The position numbers and the translations under genes are program-made. A stretch of 64,000 bases of DNA from Gammaproteobacteria bacterium (GTDB lineage: Bacteria; Pseudomonadota; Gammaproteobacteria; UBA4575), in NCBI GenBank assembly GCA_965222615.1, contig CBDCUI010000009.1, positions 1 through 64,000 on the forward strand, written 5' to 3'. The notes under the pieces are model-generated. The model had not been told where the DNA came from. It ran no database searches and saw only the letters and a list, made by a program, of their open reading frames with translations. Below, piece after piece: positions 62,701 through 64,000 of the stretch (positions within the stretch are counted from its first letter, which is position 1; every line of letters begins with the position of its first letter).

Positions 62701-63660
62701 ATGCCAGTTATGAATGGCCAAACCTTAGTTATTGATTCCAGCAAGAATGGTCAACGAATCGACAATTATTTGATCACCAATTTAAAGGGTGTGCCAAAGA
62801 GCCATATCTATAAATTATTACGAACTGGAAAAATTAGAGTAAACGGTAAACGGGTAAAGCAGACTTATCGCCTTCAAATTGACGATTCAGTGAATATTCC
62901 CGAGCTGTATCTGCCCCAATCGAGTGATAACAGACTACAAATCTCACTACGTATTCAAGACCAAATAAATGCCTCAATTTTGTATGAAGATGAAATGCTT
63001 CAGGTACTAAACAAACCTGCAGGTATCGCCGTCCATCCAGGAACGGGTGTTGCCTTTGGCGTGATTGAAATTTTGCGCGAACTGCGTCCAGCAGCACCTT
63101 ATTTAGAATTAGTGCATCGTTTAGACCGTGATACCAGTGGATGTCTTTTGATTGCTAAAACTAAAACCATGTTAAATGAACTTCATGAGCTGTTGCGGTT
63201 GAATAAAATACATAAAGAATATTTTGCTGTGCTTATGGGTAAATGGCCCCATGGAGACAAAATCGTAACGACGCCCTTGGTTGACAAGCAAAAATTTACT
63301 GACTACCTGCAGGAAAGAGATCGTATTCCAAAATCAAAAAGCGCAATAACAAAATTTTCAATTAGTGAGCTCTATAACAATGCCTCGCTTATGAAAGTGC
63401 AAATAGATACGGGCCGCACGCATCAAATTCGCAGACATGCAGCTCAGCTTGGTTATCCAGTTGTGGGGGATCAAAAATATGGTGATTTTTCTTTCAATCG
63501 TAAATGTAAAAAAATCGGTATAAAACGCATGTTGTTACATGCTTCTAAGATATCTTTTCAGCTGCCCAAAAGTGGTCAACACTATGAATTTAGTGCCCCT
63601 ATCGACGATAATATGCAAAGAATGCTAAATATCCTTAAAACCTATGAACCATTGACATAA
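62701..63660 (+). CDS. rluC: 23S rRNA pseudouridine synthase RluC
   Basis: S4 domain GQRIDNYL, HRLDRDTSG, TGRTHQIR; divergent from rne. Confidence 0.92.
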   Translation: MPVMNGQTLVIDSSKNGQRIDNYLITNLKGVPKSHIYKLLRTGKIRVNGKRVKQTYRLQIDDSVNIPELYLPQSSDNRLQISLRIQDQINASILYEDEMLQVLNKPAGIAVHPGTGVAFGVIEILRELRPAAPYLELVHRLDRDTSGCLLIAKTKTMLNELHELLRLNKIHKEYFAVLMGKWPHGDKIVTTPLVDKQKFTDYLQERDRIPKSKSAITKFSISELYNNASLMKVQIDTGRTHQIRRHAAQLGYPVVGDQKYGDFSFNRKCKKIGIKRMLLHASKISFQLPKSGQHYEFSAPIDDNMQRMLNILKTYEPLT

Positions 63661-63766
63661 ATATTATGGCAACCTCCTTGAATTTCAGCATAGGCAGTCT
63701 GATATAATTTGTGTTGAAACATTCCGGCTTGTTTAGTGTCAAAATCAGTAACAACCAGGGCTAAAT

Positions 63767-64000
63767 ATGGATCCAGAGATTAATTTAGACAAGTTATCCA
63801 GCGAAGATCGTTCATCCACTAATTGGGAGCGAGAGGCAATTTATAATTTGGCTGCTGCAGGCCTACAGGAGCAGCGACGAGCCAGGAAATGGGGGATATT
63901 TTTTAAATTGCTCGGCTTTGCTTATCTCACTATCTTTGTGATCAGCTTATTAGGCTTTAATTTTTCCAATATGACTTCTGCTACGGGAAAGCATACTGCG
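63767..64000 (+). CDS. S49-family peptidase (SppA-like), 5' part, runs off the window
   Basis: MDPEIN...WEREAI...LQEQRRARKWGIFFKLL followed by a TM helix; typical neighbour of rluC. Confidence 0.8.
   Translation, partial: MDPEINLDKLSSEDRSSTNWEREAIYNLAAAGLQEQRRARKWGIFFKLLGFAYLTIFVISLLGFNFSNMTSATGKHTA

Overview
AT-rich chromosomal DNA from a gammaproteobacterium. It is mostly housekeeping: smr, surE-pcm-yqaA-nlpD, alaC-hom-thrC, aat, trxB, ftsK-lolA-rarA, putA, glcDEF, crcB-serS, yajQ, yccA, tRNA-Ser, mtoX, pyrC, rne, rluC. The outstanding feature is a ~15 kb minus-strand locus (25832-40670) that looks like a split Rhs polymorphic toxin system. One 2265-aa signal-peptide YD-repeat shell protein stops where the Rhs core should begin and continues instead into three 333-aa Ig-Ig-CBM-like repeats. 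Five separate ~280-315 aa genes each encode their own signal peptide, the missing Rhs core and a different C-terminal toxin-like domain, and each is followed by a candidate immunity gene. The spacers hold relics of a second shell tip (discoidin domain) and of RAYT-type transposases. Other points of interest are an RpfC-like sensor-GGDEF gene with a premature stop, a ~145 bp MITE family, GGA-hairpin repeats around tRNA-Ser, a candidate sRNA and two small Arg-motif paralogs with CRP-like boxes. Family assignments come from recalled motifs; no database searches were run.
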